A DNA stretch of 64,000 nucleotides from NCBI GenBank assembly GCA_964016885.1, contig OZ024744.1:131006001-131070000 (forward strand), given 5' to 3'. The DNA is from Eledone cirrhosa (taxonomy: Eukaryota). The translations under genes and the position numbers were made by a program. The notes beneath the pieces were generated by a model that was not told the DNA's origin, ran no database searches, and saw only the letters and a list, made by a program, of their open reading frames with translations. This document shows positions 59,104-64,000 of the stretch, in pieces (position 1 is the stretch's first letter; every line of letters begins with the position of its first letter).

Positions 59104-62100
59104 AGCCGGGGTTAAGTTAAGTTGGCGTTAAGTTAAGTTAGGCTTAACTTAAGTTGGGGTTCAGTTAAGTTGGGGGTAAGTTAAGTTGGGGGTAAGTTAA
59201 GTTGGGGTTAAGTTAAGTTGCGTTTAAGTTGGGGTTAAGTTAAGTTAGGGTTAAGTTAAGTTGGGGTTAAGTTAAGTTGGGGTTAATTTAAATTGGGGTT
59301 AAGTTAACTTTGTGGTTAAGTTAAGTTGGGGTTAAGTTAAGTTGGGGTTAAGTTGGGGTTAATTTAAGTTGGGGCTAAGTTAATTTGTGGTTAAGTTAAG
59401 TTGGGGTTAAGTTAAGTTGGGGTTAAGTTAAGTTGGGGTTGAGTTAAGTTGGGGTTGAGTTAATTTGGGGTTAAATTAAGTTGGGGTTAAGTTAAGTTGG
59501 GGGTAAGTTAAGTTGGGGCTAAGTTAAGTTGGGGTTAAATTAAGTTGGGGTTACGTTAAGTTGGTGTTAAGTTAAGTTGGGGTTAATTTAAGTTGGGGTT
59601 AATTAAGTTGGGGTTAAGTTAAGTTGGGGTTAAGTTAAGTTGGGGTTTATTTAAGTTGGGGTTAAGTTAAGTTGGGGTTCAGTTAAGTTGGGGTTAAGTT
59701 AAGTTGGGGTTAAGATGGGGTTAAATTAAGTTGGGGTTAAGTTAAGTTGGGGTTAAGTTAAGTCGGGGTTAAGTTAAGGTAGGGTTCAGTTAAGTTGGGG
59801 TTAAGTTAAGTTGGGGTTGAGTTAAGTTGGGGTTGAGTTAAATTGGTGTTGAGTTAAGTTGGGGTTAAGTTAAGTTGGGGTTAAGTTAAGTTGCAGTTAA
59901 GTTAAGTTGAGGTTAAGTTAAGGTGCGGTTAAGTTAAGTTGGGGCTAAGTTAAGTTGGGGCTAAGTTAAGTTGGGGCTAAGTTACGTTGGGGTTAGGTTA
60001 AGTTGGGGTTAAGTTAAGTCGGGGTTAAGTTAAGTTGGCGTTAAGTTAAGTTGGGGTTAATTTAAGTTGGGGTTAGGTTAAGTTGGGGTTAATTTAAGTT
60101 GGGGTTAAGTTAAGTTGCGGGTAATTTAAGTTGGGGTTAAGTTAAGTTGGGGTTAAGTTAAGTTGGGGATAAGTTAAGTTGGGGTTAAGTTAAGTTGGGG
60201 TTTATTTAAGTTGGGGTTAATTTAAGTTGGGGTTCAGTTAAGTTGGGGTTCAGTTAAGTTGGGGTTAAGTTAAGTTGGGGTTTATTTAAGTTGGGGTTAA
60301 TTTAAGTCGGGGTTAAGTTAAGTCGGGGTTAAGTTAAGATAGGGTTAAGTTAAGTTGGGGTTAAGTTAAGTTGGGGTTGTGTTAAGTTGGGGTTGAGTTA
60401 AATTGGGGTTGAGTTAAGTTGGGGTTGAGTTAAGTTGGTGTTGAGTTAAGTTGGGGTTAAGTTAAGTTGGGGTTAATTTAAGTTGCAGTTAAGTTAAGTT
60501 GAGGTTAAGTTAAGGTGAGGTTAAGTTAAGTTGGGGTTAATTTAAGTTGGGGCTAAGCTAAGTTGGGGCTAATTTAAGTTGGGGCTAAGTTAAGTTGGGG
60601 TTAAGTTAGGTTGGGGTATATTAAGTTGGGGTTAAGTTAAGTTGGGGTTAAGTTAAGTTGGGGTTAAATTAAGTTGGTGTTAAGTTAAGTTGGGGCTGAG
60701 TTAAGTTGGGGCTGAGTTAAGTTGGGGCTGAGTTAAGTTGGGGTTAAGATAAGTTGGGGTTGAGTTAAGTTGGGGTTAAGTTAAGTTGGGGTTAAGTTAA
60801 GTTGGGGTTAAGTTGGGGTTAAGTTAAGTTAGGTTTAAGTTAAGTTGGGTTTAAGTTAAGTTGGGGTTAAGTTAAGTTGGGGTTAAGTTAAGTTGGGTTT
60901 AAGTTAAGTTGGGGTTAAGTTAAGTTGGGGTTAAGTTAAGTCGGGGTTAAGTTAAGTTGGGTTTAAGTTAAGTTGGGGTTAAGTTAAGTTGGGGTTAAGT
61001 TAAGTTGGGGTTAAGTTAAGTTGGTTAGTTAAGTTGAGTTTAAGTTAAGTTGGGGTTAATTTAAGTCGGGGTTAAGTTAAGTTAGGGTTAAGTTAAGTTG
61101 GGGTTGAGTTAAGTTGGGGTTGAGTTAAATTGGGGTTGAGTTAAGTTGGGGTTGAGTTAAGTTGGTGTTGAGTTAAGTTGGGGTTAAGTTAAGTTGGGGT
61201 TAAGTTAAGTGGTGGTTAAGTTAAGTTGAGGTTAAGTTAAGTTGGGGTTAAGTTAAGTTGGGGTTAATTTAAGTTGGGGCTAAGTTAAGTTGGGGCTAAG
61301 TTAAGTTGGGGTTAAGTTAAGTTGGGGTCAACTTAAGTTGGGGTTAAGTTAAGTTGGCGTTAAGTTAAGTTGGGGTTAAGTTAAGTTGGGGTTAAGTTAA
61401 GTTGGTGTTAAGTTAAGTTGGGGCTGAGTTAAGTTGGGGCTGAGTTAAGTTGGGGCTGAGTTAAGTTGGGGTTCAGTCAAGTTGGGGTTGAGTTAAGTTG
61501 CGGTTAAGTTAAGTTGGGGTTAAGTTAAGTTGGGGTTATTTTAAGTTGGGGTTTAGTTAAGTTGGGGTTCATTTAAGTTGGGGTTAAATGAAGTTGGGGT
61601 TAAGTTAAGTTGGGGTTAAGTTAAGTTGGGGTTAATTTAAGTTGGGGTTAAGTTAACTTGCGGGTAATTTAAGTTGGGGTTAAGTTAAGTTGGCGTTAAG
61701 TTAAGTTGGGGTTAAGTTAAGTTTGGGTTAAGTTAAGTTGGGGTTGAGTTAATTTGGGGTTAAGTTAAGTTGGGGTTAAGTTAAGTTGGGGTTTATTTAA
61801 GTTGGGGTTAAGTTAAGTTGGGGTTCAGTTAAGTTGGGGTTCAGTTAAGTTGGGGTTAAGTTAAGTTGGGGTTAAGATGGGGTTAAATTAAGTTGGGGTT
61901 AAGTTAAGTTGGTTAGTTAAGTTGAGGTTAAGTTAAGTTGGGCTTAAGTTAAGTTGGGGTTAATTTAAGTTGGGGTTAAGTTAAGTTGGGGTTCAGTTAA
62001 GTTGGGGTTAAGTCAAGTTGGGGTTAAGTTGGGGTTAAATTAAGTTGGGGTTAAGTTAAGTTGGGGTCAAGTTAAGTTAGGGTTAAGTTAAGTTGGGGTT

Positions 62101-62148
62101 AAGTTAAGTTGGGGTTAAGTTAATTTGTGGTTAAGTTAAGTTGGGGTT

Positions 62149-62348
62149 AACCCCAACTTAACTTAACCCCAACTTCACTCAAACCCAACTTAACTCAACC
62201 CCAACTTAACTTAACCCCAGCTTCACTCAACCCCAACTTAACTTAACCCCAACTTCACTCAACCCCAACTTAACTCAACCCCAACTTAACTTAACCCCAA
62301 CTTGACTTAACCCCAACTTAACTTAACCCCAACTTAACTTAACCCCAA
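62149..62348 (-). repeat. Inverted cassette 28, subfamily A, 200 bp
   Basis: CCCCAGCTTC; ends CCCCAAAGTCGGGG; downstream flank matches that of cassette 19. Confidence 0.93.
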
Positions 62349-64000
62349 AGTCGGGGTTAAGTTAAGTTGGGGGTAAGTTAAGTTGGGATTAAGTTAAGTT
62401 GCGGTTAAGTTGGGGTTAAGTTAAGTTGGGGTTAAGTTAAGTCGGGGTAAGTTAAGTCGGGGTTAAGTTAAGTTAGGGTTAAGTTAAGTTGGGGTTAAGT
62501 TAAAGTTGGGGTTGAGTTAAGTTGCGGTTGAGTTAAATTGGGGTTGAGTTAAGTTGGGGTTGAGTGAAGTTGGTGTTGAGTTAAGTTGGGGTTAAGTTAA
62601 GTTGGGGTTAAGTTATGTTGCGGTTAAGTTAAGTTGAGGTTAAGTTAAGTTGGGGTTAACTTAAGTGTGGGTTAAGTTAAGTTGGGGTTAAGTTAAGTTG
62701 GGGTTGAGTTAAGTTGGGGTAGAGTTAAATTGGGGTTGAGTTAAGTTAGGGTTGAGTTAAGTTGGGGCTGAGTTAAGTTGGGGCTGAGTTAAGTTGGGGC
62801 TGAGTTAAGTTGGGGTTCAGTTAAGTTGGGGTTGAGTTAAGTTGCGCTTAAGTTAAGTTGGGGTTAAGTTAAGTTGGGGTTATGTTAAGTTGGGGTTTAG
62901 TTAAGTTGGGGTTCATTTAAGTTGGGGTTAAGTTAAGTTTAGGTTAAGTTGGGGTTAAATTAATTTGGGGTTAAGTTAAGTTGGGGTTAAGTTAAGTTGG
63001 GGTTAATTTAAGTTGGGGTTAATTTAAGTTGGGGTTAAGTTAAGTTGCGGGTAATTTAAGTTGGGGTTAAGTTAAGTTGGTGTTAAGTTAAGTTGGGGTT
63101 AAGTTAAGTTGGGGTTAATTTAAGTTTGGGTTAAGTTAAGTTGGGGCTAATTTAAGTTGGGGCTGAGTTAAGTTGGGGTTAAGTTAAGTTGGGGTTAAGT
63201 TAATTTGGGGTTAAGTTGGGGTTAAGTTAAGTTGGGGTTTATTTAAGTTGGGGTTAAGTTAAGTTGGGGTTCAGTTAAGTTGGGGTTCAGTTAAGTTGGG
63301 GTTAAGTTAAGTTGGGGTTAAGTTAAGTTGGTTAGTTAAGTTGAGGTTAAGTTAAGTTGGGGTTAAGTTAAGTTGGGGTTAAGTTAAGTTGGGGTTAATT
63401 AAAGTTAGGGTTAAGTTAAGTTGGGGTTAAGTTAAGTTGGGGTTATGTTAAGTTGGGGTTAAGTTAGGTTGGGGTTAAGTTAAGTTGTGGCTAAGTTAAG
63501 TTGGGGCTGAGTTAAGTTGGGGTTAAGTTAAGTTGGGGTTAAGTTAAGTTGGGGATAAGTTAAGTTGGGGTTAAGTTAAGTTGTGGTTTATTTAAGTTGG
63601 GGTTAATTTAAGTTGGGGTTCAGTTAAGTTGGGGTTCAGTTAAGTTGGGGTTAAGTTAAGTTGGGGTTTATTTAAGTTGGGGTTAATTTAAGTCGGGGTT
63701 AAGTTAAGTCGGGGTTAAGTTAAGTTAGGGTTAAGTTAAGTTGGGGTTAAGTTAAGTTGGGGTTGTGTTAAGTTGGGGTTGAGTTAAATTGGGGTTGAGT
63801 TAAGTTGGGGTTGAGTTAAGTTGGTGTTGAGTTAAGTTGGGGTTAAGTTAAGTTGGGGTTAATTTAAGTTGCAGTTAAGTTAAGTTGAGGTTAAGTTAAG
63901 GTGGGGTTAAGTTAAGTTGGGGTTAAGTTAAGTTGGGGTATATTAAGTTGGGGTTAAGTTAAGTTGGGGTTAAGTTAAGTTGGGGTTAAGTTAAGTTGGT

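Larger units (their letters stand above)
1..64000 (+). repeat. Satellite array, 16-bp monomer GGGGTTAAGTTAAGTT, ~4,000 copies, running off both window edges
   Basis: The monomer is read continuously from 1 to 64000. Consensus composition is G6 T6 A4 C0. There are scattered recurrent substitutions and 11-, 13-, 15-, 17- and 21-bp length variants. No unique sequence was seen. Confidence 0.99.

Noticed and set aside
2876-62348. CRISPR-like repeat-spacer array
   Set aside because: There are no unique spacers; everything is the same monomer in one of two orientations, and there are no cas genes or leader.
2876-62348. Inversions as MDA or fold-back read chimeras
   Set aside because: Chimeras would have random breakpoints and mirror adjacent variants. 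These share two fixed junctions, form subfamilies and do not mirror their flanks. Raw-read confirmation is still advisable.
1-64000. Protein-coding repeat ORF
   Set aside because: Each monomer has two TAA triplets on both strands and the 16-bp period rotates frames, so all six frames are closed. If TAA were read as Gln (ciliate code), TGA from the common GTTGAG, TTCAG and GTCAAG variants plus frameshifting length variants would still break frames, and nothing suggests coding constraint.
1-64000. Freshly synthesised telomerase tract
   Set aside because: Strand inversions and variants copied at kb-scale offsets are incompatible with de novo templated addition.
1-64000. Promoters, terminators, tRNA/rRNA, or species assignment
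   Set aside because: Any motif or hairpin match would be a by-product of the repeat. I do not recognise this monomer as a named satellite and cannot run a database search.

Overview
The whole 64-kb window is one satellite array. Its 16-bp monomer is GGGGTTAAGTTAAGTT (TTAAG+TTAAG+TTGGGG), about 4,000 copies, G/T-rich and C-free in consensus on the + strand. I see no unique sequence, gene, RNA gene or CRISPR array. The array is highly structured. (1) It carries 28 short reverse-complement cassettes; 19 are exactly 200 bp and the range is 127-488 bp. All open at the same dyad (GGGGTT|AACCCC, perfect in 25 of 28) and close at the same quasi-palindromic junction (CCC-AAAGTC/AAAGCC/AAATTC-GGGG). 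They fall into three SNP-defined subfamilies and are not mirror copies of their current flanks. (2) Monomer variants recur in fixed orders, giving nested higher-order repeats at offsets of about 0.8, 1.4-1.9, 10.4, 14.8 and 21 kb. (3) A more diverged zone at about 52.8-58.4 kb holds the longest, probably ancestral cassettes. The most intriguing reading is speculative: each segment between dyads reads TTAA-CCCC...GGGG-TTAA, like head-to-tail foldback units with piggyBac-type ends. The monomer is also telomere-like. The organism cannot be identified from the sequence. Coordinates and counts were read by eye and may be off by a few bases.
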